Below the pieces are notes generated by a model. That model searched no databases. It was not told the origin of the DNA and saw only the letters and a program-made list of their open reading frames with translations. A program made the translations under genes and the position numbers. From Victivallales bacterium (lineage in GTDB: Bacteria > Verrucomicrobiota > Lentisphaeria > Victivallales > GWF2-38-69), in assembly GCA_036011305.1 (NCBI GenBank), contig DASCNA010000095.1, positions 12,800 to 76,799 on the forward strand: a DNA stretch of 64,000 bases, in the 5' to 3' direction. Each line of letters begins with the position of its first letter. Within the stretch, counting starts at the first letter, position 1. Below, one piece after another: positions 19,303-28,453 of the stretch.

Positions 19303-20253
19303 GTGAATATAATTATGGATAATATATTTGAAAATAGTTTCAATTTAGATATAGAGTTAAACTGTAAAAAGTTTACTGAAAATTGTATTAATTTTATATC
19401 ATCTTATCAGGAGAAATTGAATAGAGATGGCGTTGTCATTGGGTTGAGCGGTGGGCTTGACTCAGCAGTTATTGTAAAATTATGTGTATTAGCCGTGGGT
19501 AAGAAAAATGTTAAAGTTCTTATTTTACCGGAAAAAGATTCAAATAAATTAAATATTCAAGATGCTCTCAATTATGCAAAATTACTGGGTGTAAAGTATA
19601 AAAAAATCAATATTACTCCATTTGAGAAGAAATTCAGGCTCTATCACTCATTTATTCTGAACTGTATTCCTCTTCTACGAAGCCAGAGAAATAGACTTAC
19701 AGAAAAAATGAATGCTTATTATGAGAAAAAAACTGGGACAAATTTCTTTGAATCTAGCTTGGCAGGTATTAGAGGTAAGAAATTTTCAAAATATCTGAGA
19801 AAAGTCAATGCATATTATCGCGTAAAACATAGAATCAGAATGTTATTACTTTACAAATACGCTGAACTTGAAAATAGAATGGTGGTTGGAGCTGCTAATA
19901 AGACTGAAAAAATGATAGGTTTTTTTGTGAAACACGGTTGTGATCATGCATCGGATATAATGCCTATTTTGAATTTATACAAAACGCAGGTGAGGTTGTT
20001 AGCTAAATACCTTGATATACCGAGTATTTTTTTAGATAAGCAGCCGTCACCTGACATTGTACCAGGGGTTATTGATGAAAGAGTAATTGGTATTAAATAT
20101 GAGTTGCTTGATAAGATTTTATTCTTAATTGAAAATAAAAAAAGTAATGATGAAATCAGTGATGTCTTAGATATTGATGAAAGCAAAGTTGACTATGTAA
20201 AAAGTCTGTTAGATAAATCAGAACATATGCGCAAAGTATATGACATGATATGA
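19303..20253 (+). CDS. nadE: NH3-dependent NAD+ synthetase
   Basis: GLSGGLDSAV, RIRMLLLY, NKTEKMIGFFVKHG, LYKTQV, PSPD; likely start ATG 19315. Confidence 0.9.
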   Translation: MNIIMDNIFENSFNLDIELNCKKFTENCINFISSYQEKLNRDGVVIGLSGGLDSAVIVKLCVLAVGKKNVKVLILPEKDSNKLNIQDALNYAKLLGVKYKKINITPFEKKFRLYHSFILNCIPLLRSQRNRLTEKMNAYYEKKTGTNFFESSLAGIRGKKFSKYLRKVNAYYRVKHRIRMLLLYKYAELENRMVVGAANKTEKMIGFFVKHGCDHASDIMPILNLYKTQVRLLAKYLDIPSIFLDKQPSPDIVPGVIDERVIGIKYELLDKILFLIENKKSNDEISDVLDIDESKVDYVKSLLDKSEHMRKVYDMI

Positions 20254-20499
20254 TATAAAACATATTTTTGCTCTAAATTCTGGAATGGCACGGTTACAGT
20301 TTCAAATAATATAGTTAATGTTCTCCCAGCAGTATACCAGTTTCTCTGTTTTTATTGTCAGAAATATATGCTTGTTCCAAATATAAAGTATACAATAAGA
20401 AGCTTTTATAAGATTATACTGCTGGAACTCAAGATTATAAATCAATATCTAGGATAAAATTAACATTTTAAAACAGAAATTACTGTTAGTTTTTTTCTT

Positions 20500-20961
20500 A
20501 TGTATAAAGTATATTATGCACTTAAATTAAGAAATTTGAGTGAGAAAATGATTCTGAGTTTTTCCCGAAGAGAAAAAATATACTTATTCGGTATGTCTGC
20601 CTACATAATAATCGGGTGCATAATAGCCGCTACAGTAAATTTGAGAATTATTAATAGTAGATTTAATAATGAATCAGTGTACTTCAATCTATTCATAAAT
20701 AATTATTTTTTATACATTATTTGGATTATCGGATATATTGGAGGAATTACTGTTTTTCTACTTTTATTTAAAAGTATATTAATTGGGATTTACAGGAGAA
20801 AAATAAAAAATAGTTACCTGTTTATCTTGCTCGTCAATTTTATTTTAATTCTTGTTTTCTATCCATTCTGGATTCTTCTTCTTCCAACATTTGTATGGAT
20901 AATTATAGATATTATTTGTATTGTATTTTATGTTTGTGTTTTAAGTTTAATTCAAAATTAA
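20500..20961 (+). CDS. Hypothetical ~4-TM membrane protein (apparent paralog of 60441-60872)
   Basis: Hydrophobic ORF; shares EK, FK..K-rich loop, YP and WII pattern with the 60441 protein. Confidence 0.6.
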   Translation: MYKVYYALKLRNLSEKMILSFSRREKIYLFGMSAYIIIGCIIAATVNLRIINSRFNNESVYFNLFINNYFLYIIWIIGYIGGITVFLLLFKSILIGIYRRKIKNSYLFILLVNFILILVFYPFWILLLPTFVWIIIDIICIVFYVCVLSLIQN

Positions 20962-21010
20962 TAACAATTATACATGCGGGAATAAAGAGATAAAGTATGG
21001 TCTATTTTTA

Positions 21011-21039
21011 TTGCAGTTTTACACTTTTTTAAATAGAAT
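21011..21039 (+). promoter_or_regulatory. Sigma70-type promoter for the lyxose isomerase-like gene
   Basis: TTGCAG-17 nt-TAGAAT. Confidence 0.45.
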
Positions 21040-21118
21040 GTGGGTGTATCTTTTCAATAGGGGATTTTATTTTATCAAGTTTAATCCATTATGATATTTA
21101 ATTAAATTTTAAGAGAAA

Positions 21119-21814
21119 ATGGTAATGAAACGCTCAGAAATTAACAATGCAATAAAAGAAGCTGTCAAATTATTTGATAAAATCGGATTTAAATTACCTC
21201 CTTTTGCCTATTGGACTCCTGAAGAATGGGAGGGAAAAGGACAGAATGTACAGGAAATCAGAGAAAACATGTTAGGCTGGAACGTTACTGATTTTTGTAA
21301 GGGCGATTTTAATAAATGCGGCCTTTTAGATTTTACTGTCAGAAATGGGAATTATCATAAACCTGAACGATATGCAAAAAAATATGCAGAAAAAATTATG
21401 ATGACGGGTGAAGGACAGGTAACTCCTATGCATTTTCATTGGAAAAAATGCGAAGATATTATAAACAGGGGAGGCGGAAATTTAATACTGAAGCTCTACA
21501 AATCTACTGATGATGAAAAACTGTCTGATGATAATTTCAGAGTTAAAATTGATGGAGTAGAAAAACAGTGTAACCCGGGTGAAATCGTAATTCTTTCTCC
21601 AGGTGAAAGCATATGCCTTGAACCTTATATTTATCATACTTTCTATGGAGAAAAGGGAAAAGGTGTTGTTGCAGTAGGAGAGGTGTCTGATGTGAATGAT
21701 GACAAAACTGATAATAGATTCCTTAATCCAATAGGTCGCTTTGCTGAAATTGAAGAAGATGAACAGCCTGTTTATTTGCTTTGCAACGAATATCCTGATT
21801 CAGCGAATTTCTAA
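21119..21814 (+). CDS. D-lyxose/D-mannose isomerase family cupin (DUF1498)
   Basis: MKRSEIN, YAEKIM, PMHFHWKKCEDIINRGGG, YHTFYG, GEVSDVNDD. Confidence 0.88.
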   Translation: MVMKRSEINNAIKEAVKLFDKIGFKLPPFAYWTPEEWEGKGQNVQEIRENMLGWNVTDFCKGDFNKCGLLDFTVRNGNYHKPERYAKKYAEKIMMTGEGQVTPMHFHWKKCEDIINRGGGNLILKLYKSTDDEKLSDDNFRVKIDGVEKQCNPGEIVILSPGESICLEPYIYHTFYGEKGKGVVAVGEVSDVNDDKTDNRFLNPIGRFAEIEEDEQPVYLLCNEYPDSANF

Positions 21815-21830
21815 GAATAAATTACGAAGA

Positions 21831-21856
21831 AAAGCCCTGATTGCCCCAGGGCTTTT
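21831..21856 (+). terminator. Intrinsic terminator (possibly bidirectional)
   Basis: AAAGCCCTG-attgccc-CAGGGCTTTT. Confidence 0.8.
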
Positions 21857-21983
21857 AATATATGGTTTAAGTATGCTCATAATATATAAAATTATTTAAA
21901 AGAGTATATGTTCCATTTACTGCTACATGAGTTGTTATAAATATATATTTCAGAAAATATCCAGGAATAGTTTAGATATCATT

Positions 21984-22265
21984 TTATTTTTCTATTATAC
22001 CTTTTGATAATTTTTCCAGAAGAGATAGCTCATTTTTAAATTTCGTCTGCACTAAATCATCCATTAACCTATTTCCTATGGTTTGATGCAATTCATTCAG
22101 TTTATCAATAGCTATACTTTCACTTTTTTGATTGATTTGAAGTTCAAACAGTGCCAGTTCAGCTATATAAGCAGTTTTCATCTTAACATATTTATCCATA
22201 CGTCTTACTAATTTATTCTTATATTTATTGTAATCTGTTTGTGTTCTAATGGTTCTTTTCGTCAT
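21984..22265 (-). CDS. Hypothetical helical protein
   Basis: 93-aa ORF, AGGT upstream, no recognised motif. Confidence 0.5.
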   Translation of the reverse strand: MTKRTIRTQTDYNKYKNKLVRRMDKYVKMKTAYIAELALFELQINQKSESIAIDKLNELHQTIGNRLMDDLVQTKFKNELSLLEKLSKGIIEK

Positions 22266-22527
22266 GATTTATTAACCTGTTTTGAGGCAGTTTTATGTTG
22301 ATGCGTAAAATTTTAATACTCAAATAAAAAATAGATAGTCCTGTTTATTAAATATTTTAGTAATCTTTGATTTTTTTTGAATGAGATTATAATTTCCTGA
22401 TACTTTGCATAGAAAGTTTTCATTAAATAAAAGTTTTTCTACCTATTGAATAAAAAATAATATTCTCTAAAATACCTTAGCTAAATACATGTAAAATTTT
22501 ATTTAATTTACAGCTTAGGATTATTTT

Positions 22528-23304
22528 ATGGCCAATTACAAGCAGCACCTCACCGGTGGAATTATTTATGGAATATTATGTATGCTAATGGCTATTTTTA
22601 GCCTTGGATTTACAATTGTGAATGGTTTTACTATTTTTGTACTTGGGACTTTAGGCAGCATTTTACCGGATATTGACAGCGACACAAGTATACCTGTACA
22701 ACTGCTTTTTGAAACCATAGGTATACTTATTCCCATTATTGTTCTTAAAAATTATTTTTCTAAAGAATTGAATATAGAGAATATGATATTTCTTATTGTT
22801 ATCGGATACATTCTTGTTAGATATGGAATATCATTAATTTTCTATAGGCTGACTGTTCATAGAGGTATTATTCACAGTATACCTGCTGCTGTTATTGCAG
22901 GAGGAATTGTATTCTTTTTATTTTATGATTCTCAATTTTATATCAGGCTTATTTATGCGTTATCATGCACAGGCGGTTTTATTGTTCATCTGCTTATGGA
23001 TGAAATATGGTCAGTAGACCTGGCTAATATCAGAATAAAAAATAGTTTTGGCACAGCATTGTCATTACGATCAAATTCAATAATTTCAACAGTTACTGCT
23101 TATTTGTTAATTGCATTAATAGTTGGTTATATATTGACTAATGTACAGATTCCTGATAAGTTTAATACAAAACAGGATAAACCTGCAATTGTTCTATTAG
23201 ATGAAAAAACACCTGATTCTTTAAATATAGCGAATGAGTTTTTGCTTGATGTTAATTCTACCTGGGTTACTCTTTATAAAAAATATTTTACAAATCAAAC
23301 TTAA
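22528..23304 (+). CDS. Membrane-bound metal-dependent hydrolase (YdjM-like)
   Basis: MANYKQH, LPDIDSD, HRGIIHS, HLLMDE plus TM helices. Confidence 0.85.
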   Translation: MANYKQHLTGGIIYGILCMLMAIFSLGFTIVNGFTIFVLGTLGSILPDIDSDTSIPVQLLFETIGILIPIIVLKNYFSKELNIENMIFLIVIGYILVRYGISLIFYRLTVHRGIIHSIPAAVIAGGIVFFLFYDSQFYIRLIYALSCTGGFIVHLLMDEIWSVDLANIRIKNSFGTALSLRSNSIISTVTAYLLIALIVGYILTNVQIPDKFNTKQDKPAIVLLDEKTPDSLNIANEFLLDVNSTWVTLYKKYFTNQT

Positions 23305-23609
23305 TCATATCAGATTTTAGATTGCTGTCATCCCATATATTTTGAAGTGTGAGTATAGTCTGTACCCACTCAAGATGAATTATGGGATTTTATTACCTGT
23401 TAATTATGTTGTATTGACGTATCTAAAATATCTTTCCTTTAAATTATTTCTTCAAAAACTAATTAATTTATAAATCAGACTCAAAATATTTTATAATATT
23501 GTCTAAAATATATTTGGAAGGAAAAGATGCTCCAAATTCACTTGGAAAGTAATAGTACGTAATTTAATATTCCAGATTTTTTTACCTATAGAAAGATAAT
23601 TTTAAAAGT

Positions 23610-24143
23610 GTGTATTATTCTAAGCGGGAAAGTATAATTATGAAAATGATTAGCTCTTATTCAATAATTCTTATGGGAGTTGCAGGGGCAGGTAAAACTA
23701 CAATTGGGAAAAAACTTGAAAAGATATTTGGTTATAAATTTTATGATGCTGATGATTTCCATCCAACTGAAAATATTAAAAAAATGCGAAAAGGTATTCC
23801 ATTAACTGATGATGATCGTCTTGGTTGGCTGGAGAACTTAAATAATCTATTGGCTGATAGTGAACAAAAATTAGAGCCGATTGTATTGGCTTGTTCTTCG
23901 TTGAAGGAGAAGTATAGGTGTATCTTGACAGAGAATACTAAATGTGTTTTTATATATTTAAAAATCAGTAAGAACTGTGCAATAAATCGTTTAGAAAACA
24001 GAGTCGGACACTATTTTAATGCTTCATTAATTGATGCTCAGTTTGATGACCTTGAAGAACCTGAAATATGTGTTGAAATTGATGCTGATAAATCAATTCC
24101 TGAAATTATAAGGAAAATCAAATTAGAAATGAAAACTCCGTAA
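23610..24143 (+). CDS. gntK: Gluconokinase
   Basis: MGVAGAGKTT, DADDFHP, PLTDDDR, LACSSLKEKYR; likely start 23640. Confidence 0.9.
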   Translation: MYYSKRESIIMKMISSYSIILMGVAGAGKTTIGKKLEKIFGYKFYDADDFHPTENIKKMRKGIPLTDDDRLGWLENLNNLLADSEQKLEPIVLACSSLKEKYRCILTENTKCVFIYLKISKNCAINRLENRVGHYFNASLIDAQFDDLEEPEICVEIDADKSIPEIIRKIKLEMKTP

Positions 24144-24154
24144 AACGGAGTTTT
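24132..24154. terminator. Bidirectional terminator between convergent genes
   Basis: AAAACTCCG-taaaa-CGGAGTTTT. Confidence 0.75.
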
Positions 24155-24178
24155 ATCTATAAATATTGGATATTGAAG

Positions 24179-24676
24179 CTATTTTACAAGTTTTGCTGTA
24201 TATAAACTGTAACCTGTTCCATTTTGGTTAAATTTATTTTCTTTACCTGTTATTAAAATGGTTGGATCCTTGTAAGTACTTGTTATTGTCATTCCTTTAT
24301 ACAGTGAATTTTTAGAAAAAAGCTGGAATCTTGCTCTGCTTTTTCTGTTATTCATAACAGAATTAAATTGATCAACAACCCAGGTGTGATTTATTCTTGC
24401 GATGTATTCGTAACCACTACCGCTCTGATGTCCAGTGTTTAGTATTTCAATTGGCTCAATCAGATAAGTATTATTCTTAATTGTCCCGAAAGGGAGACCT
24501 TCAAGAGATTCCATATTTAAGAACTGGCCATTCTTTGTGCTGGTTTCTATTTTCTTTGAGTCTTTAGCTGCAAAAGCTGTTGCAGTAAACATAAAGGTAC
24601 AGCTAATTAAAGCTAAAAGAGTTATTAATTTTCCTGCCCAATGAATTTTTGTTTTTGAATACATATAATTCTCCAT
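24179..24676 (-). CDS. Hypothetical exported protein
   Basis: Signal peptide ending ATAFA; no known motif. Confidence 0.6.
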   Translation of the reverse strand: MENYMYSKTKIHWAGKLITLLALISCTFMFTATAFAAKDSKKIETSTKNGQFLNMESLEGLPFGTIKNNTYLIEPIEILNTGHQSGSGYEYIARINHTWVVDQFNSVMNNRKSRARFQLFSKNSLYKGMTITSTYKDPTILITGKENKFNQNGTGYSLYTAKLVK

Positions 24677-25013
24677 TATAGTTATAGGTTAAATAATAGT
24701 TCAACATCATTATAATTAAATGTTAGATCATTTCTATAGTATTAAGCAATACTTATTTCAAATCGATTCAGATTAATTTGTATAATTATGTTAAATAATA
24801 TTTCTGTTATAAAAGCATGATACAGTATATTTGCTTTAGAATTCTAAACTTGTTAAATCCAGACTGGTTAAGTTAGGTTATTGTTAGTTTTATTGTATTT
24901 CTCTTGTAAGATTTTAAGTTGGAAGCATATGTATTGATACAGTTAATTTATTAGAATGAAAATTTTCATTAAATTGAAAAATTGACTGGCAATAATAAAA
25001 AAAAGGAAAAATT

Positions 25014-25793
25014 ATGAAAAATGAAAATATATTGAAATACAAAGCATTTATATGTGATATGGACGGCGTAATATATCATGGAAATAAATTACTGCCCGGA
25101 GTGCATAAATTTGTAGAATGGATGCAAAAAGAAAATAAAGATTTTATTTTTTTGACAAATAACAGTCAGATGACTCCAAGAGAACTTCAGGAAAAATTAA
25201 AACGCTTAGGGTTAAATATTGAAGAAAAACACTTTTATACAAGTGCTTTGGCCACTGCTGCTTTTCTTCACCAGCAATGCCCTAACGGTAGTGCATATGT
25301 TATTGGAGAAGCTGGAATTACAAATGCACTTTATAATGTTGGTTATTCCACAAATGAAATTAATCCAGACTATGTAGTATTCAGTGAATCCAGCAGTCAT
25401 AGTTATGAAAAAATTCATAAGGCTGTAAATTTAGTATTGAATGGAGCAAAACTGATTGGAACTAATCCTGATTTAACCGGTCCAGGCGATAATTGCACAG
25501 TGCCTTCAACAGGAGCTCTTATAGCACCTATTGAGTTAGCTACTAATAGAAAAGCCTATTTTGTCGGTAAACCTAATCCATTAATGATGAGACATGCTTT
25601 AAAAAGATTGAATCGTAAACGCGAAGAAACTCTTATTATCGGAGATAGAATGGATACAGATATTATAGCTGGTGTTGAATCTGAAATTACTACAGTATTG
25701 GTTTTAAGCGGTGTTACTTCAAAAGAAGATTTGAAGAATTTTGCTTATCAGCCTCACTATATTTTTGAGGGAGTTGGTGAAATTATTAAATAA
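25014..25793 (+). CDS. nagD: HAD-IIA hydrolase, NagD family
   Basis: CDMDGVIYHG, LTNNS, TNPD, GKPNPLMM, IGDRMDTDI. Confidence 0.9.
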   Translation: MKNENILKYKAFICDMDGVIYHGNKLLPGVHKFVEWMQKENKDFIFLTNNSQMTPRELQEKLKRLGLNIEEKHFYTSALATAAFLHQQCPNGSAYVIGEAGITNALYNVGYSTNEINPDYVVFSESSSHSYEKIHKAVNLVLNGAKLIGTNPDLTGPGDNCTVPSTGALIAPIELATNRKAYFVGKPNPLMMRHALKRLNRKREETLIIGDRMDTDIIAGVESEITTVLVLSGVTSKEDLKNFAYQPHYIFEGVGEIIK

Positions 25794-25960
25794 AATTTAA
25801 TTTTACAATTTGATATCTAAATTTCTTGTTTTTTGGGTGATATCAGAGTTAACTAGTAATTTTGTTACTGATGTATCAGTAATTATTGAAAAATTACGAC
25901 GTTTTAATATAATTTTAGTAAAGAAGATACTTGCACTCTTTAGTATGTCTAAAAAATTAT

Positions 25961-26170
25961 ATGAAACGCATCAGGCTAAATATATTATTCTTCATCTTCA
26001 TATCTATTTTTTTCAGTATTCTGTTTGTATTGCTTATCCTAATTTCTTTAAATGTTTTCGATTCACTGAAAATTAATTCACTTAACCATACCACTCGTGA
26101 TAGGATAGATTTTATTAACTATAATTTGCGAAACCAAATGAAAAAGCAGGCATTGTTTGTCAATAATTAG
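25961..26170 (+). CDS. N-terminal TM fragment of the downstream PP2C sensor (in frame, ends at TAG)
   Basis: MKRIRLNILFFIFISIFF... signal-anchor; same frame as 26192 with only the TAG at 26168-26170 between. Confidence 0.65.
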   Translation: MKRIRLNILFFIFISIFFSILFVLLILISLNVFDSLKINSLNHTTRDRIDFINYNLRNQMKKQALFVNN

Positions 26171-26191
26171 TTTAAATCTGCTGTCAACAGT

Positions 26192-28144
26192 TTGAAATTT
26201 ATCGGTTCAAAAGCACAAAAAATTTTACAAGAAGATAATATTTATTCAAGTGAGGGTGAACTTAAGTTTTCTTTTGATGATAAAACAAAAAAATATCAAT
26301 ATTCAGAGAAAAGTTTTTTAGATAATTTGGAAGGTGAAGATTACTATTTTACTGTTAATTACTGGGGTAATAGAAAAGAACTCAAAGGTGTTCCTGTTTT
26401 AAAATATCATAATCAAATGTCTCAATTAAAGCTACTATGTGAACAGAGCGCTATTAGCCATGAAACAATATCAAGTATTTTTATCTGTTTTAAAAATTCT
26501 TTGTTTATTGAACAAGTAAATTCCAAAAAAAACTATGATTTAACAAAATCAGGAAGATATATTAAATCTTTAGTAAAAAAAATTTATAAATATAAATACG
26601 AACCAGGTAAACCTATATTTACAAGTATTTTTAAAAAGCGTAAAGGCAAACTTGTTTTTTATATTTTATATCCAGTTTATAATTCAAAAAATGATTTAGA
26701 GTTTATAGTAGGTTGTTCAATTCCTTATAATATGGCAATTTCGTATATTTATAATATTTTTTCAGAGGGAGAGTATGAAAAATATGATATTATAAAACTA
26801 TTTATTAGTAATAATGGTAATATCCTTTATCTTCCTCGAAAATATGCTGAACTTTTTTCTCTACCAGTTAATAAAAAAGAAATACCTCTTGATTCTGATA
26901 AATTCATCTACAACATGAACTTATTGGCTTCATCCAATCCAGTAGTTAGGGAACTAGGTAATTTGCTTCTTAGTGAACCGGCAGGAACAACTTATATTCA
27001 ACTCAGGGGACAGTCATATTTATTGATTTTTTATACTATACCTGTAAATAAGTGGAATATAATACTTTTGGTAAATAACACCCATTTTCAAAAACCTATC
27101 AAAAAACTAAACTTATATTTTAATAATATCTTTGATAAATTTATAAAATGTTTAATAATATGCTTTCTGGTAATATTAGTCTTAGGCTTTATTTTTTCAC
27201 TATTTTTCTTTAAAAGTATTTTTATAAAACCTGTCAGAAATATAAGAGACAAGTTTAATCTCTTGGGAAAAGGGAATTTTAATATAGAGACAAAAGAAAA
27301 AGGAGTAAAAGAAATATATGATTTGTCTCTGTCTTTTAATAATGTAGGAAAACAGTTAAAAAATTACACGGATAATCTGCAAAATGAAATTAAAGCAAGA
27401 CAGATAATTCAGACAGAGCTTAAAATTGCGGGGGAAATACAGGAATCAGTTTTACCTGCTATTACTGAAGGGTTTATAAGAAAAGAATTTACATTATTTG
27501 CCAGACTTATTTCTGCTAAGGAAATGTCGGGTGATTTCTATGACTTTTTTTATGTAAGGCCTAATAAACTTGCTCTTATACTGGCAGATGTATCAGGGAA
27601 GGGAATAACTGCTGCATTTTATATGAGTATGTCAAAGGCAATAATAAAAGAGGCATGCCTGTCATCTGAGACATTAGGTCCCGGAAAGATATTAAATTAT
27701 GTGAATAAAACTCTTTGCAGGAATAATGAAAAATCAATGTTTCTGACTCTGTATTTATGTATTTACAACATTGATACAGGAGAACTGGAATTTTCTAATG
27801 CCGGCCATCATGAGTTTACCTATCTAAAAAGCAACGGTAATATTTCAACTGGTGGAATATTATCTAAACCGGCAATAGGTATTTGCGAAGAAACTGAATT
27901 CAACAGTTCTAAACTTAAAATACAAAAAGGTTCAACAGTGATTTTTTATACTGATGGTATAACTGAGGCACCTGATTCAAGCAATAATGAGTATGGTAAT
28001 GAAAGATTGGAAAAGATTATTGAAAAGAATTATCTGGATAAAATTTCTGATCTAGGAGACTTGATAATTAAAGACGTGCTGGATTTCCAAAAAGGCGAAA
28101 AGTTTGATGATATAACACTTTTAATGTTTAGAAGAAATGAATAA
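26192..28144 (+). CDS. Cache-HAMP-SpoIIE/RsbU (PP2C) phosphatase, lacking its first TM because of the upstream in-frame stop
   Basis: SGDFYDF, LADVSGKG, NAGH, YTDGITEA, DDITLL; HAMP after a TM segment. Confidence 0.88.
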   Translation: MKFIGSKAQKILQEDNIYSSEGELKFSFDDKTKKYQYSEKSFLDNLEGEDYYFTVNYWGNRKELKGVPVLKYHNQMSQLKLLCEQSAISHETISSIFICFKNSLFIEQVNSKKNYDLTKSGRYIKSLVKKIYKYKYEPGKPIFTSIFKKRKGKLVFYILYPVYNSKNDLEFIVGCSIPYNMAISYIYNIFSEGEYEKYDIIKLFISNNGNILYLPRKYAELFSLPVNKKEIPLDSDKFIYNMNLLASSNPVVRELGNLLLSEPAGTTYIQLRGQSYLLIFYTIPVNKWNIILLVNNTHFQKPIKKLNLYFNNIFDKFIKCLIICFLVILVLGFIFSLFFFKSIFIKPVRNIRDKFNLLGKGNFNIETKEKGVKEIYDLSLSFNNVGKQLKNYTDNLQNEIKARQIIQTELKIAGEIQESVLPAITEGFIRKEFTLFARLISAKEMSGDFYDFFYVRPNKLALILADVSGKGITAAFYMSMSKAIIKEACLSSETLGPGKILNYVNKTLCRNNEKSMFLTLYLCIYNIDTGELEFSNAGHHEFTYLKSNGNISTGGILSKPAIGICEETEFNSSKLKIQKGSTVIFYTDGITEAPDSSNNEYGNERLEKIIEKNYLDKISDLGDLIIKDVLDFQKGEKFDDITLLMFRRNE

Positions 28145-28199
28145 GGTTTTAGCACAGTATAAAGTTATGTTTCGGTAAAGACAAATGTTTGACATTAGT

Positions 28200-28430
28200 T
28201 TAAACATTTCTTTTGAATATGAGCAGAGTAATATCATCAAAAAGATTTCTTTCTTCAAAATCACGAACCGATCGAACTATTTTATTGGATAAGTCATATA
28301 AAGACAAATTAATATTATCTTTTATGAGTTTAAAGAATTTCTTAACAATATGTGTATTGTTTCTATTATACTTTTGTATATTTGAATTGCAGTGAACTAT
28401 GGAACAATATAGTATAATAGATCTATTCAT
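28200..28430 (-). pseudogene. C-terminal remnant of a second SpoIIE/PP2C paralog, tail-to-tail with the first
   Basis: LYDLSNKIVRSVRDFEERNLFDDITLLIFKRNV vs ISDLGDLIIKDVLDFQKGEKFDDITLLMFRRNE. Confidence 0.75.
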
Positions 28431-28453
28431 AAACTATAATTTTTTATTTAATA

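Noticed and set aside
25810-26076. 88-aa ORF upstream of the PP2C gene
   Set aside because: TTG start, no motif, overlaps the better-supported TM-encoding frame at 25961
26168-26170. Genome-wide stop-codon reassignment (TAG or TAA as sense)
   Set aside because: Conserved genes end normally in TAG (EF-G paralog, isomerase, SGNH), TAA (pgi, pyk) and TGA (nadE, panB); internal stops are sporadic
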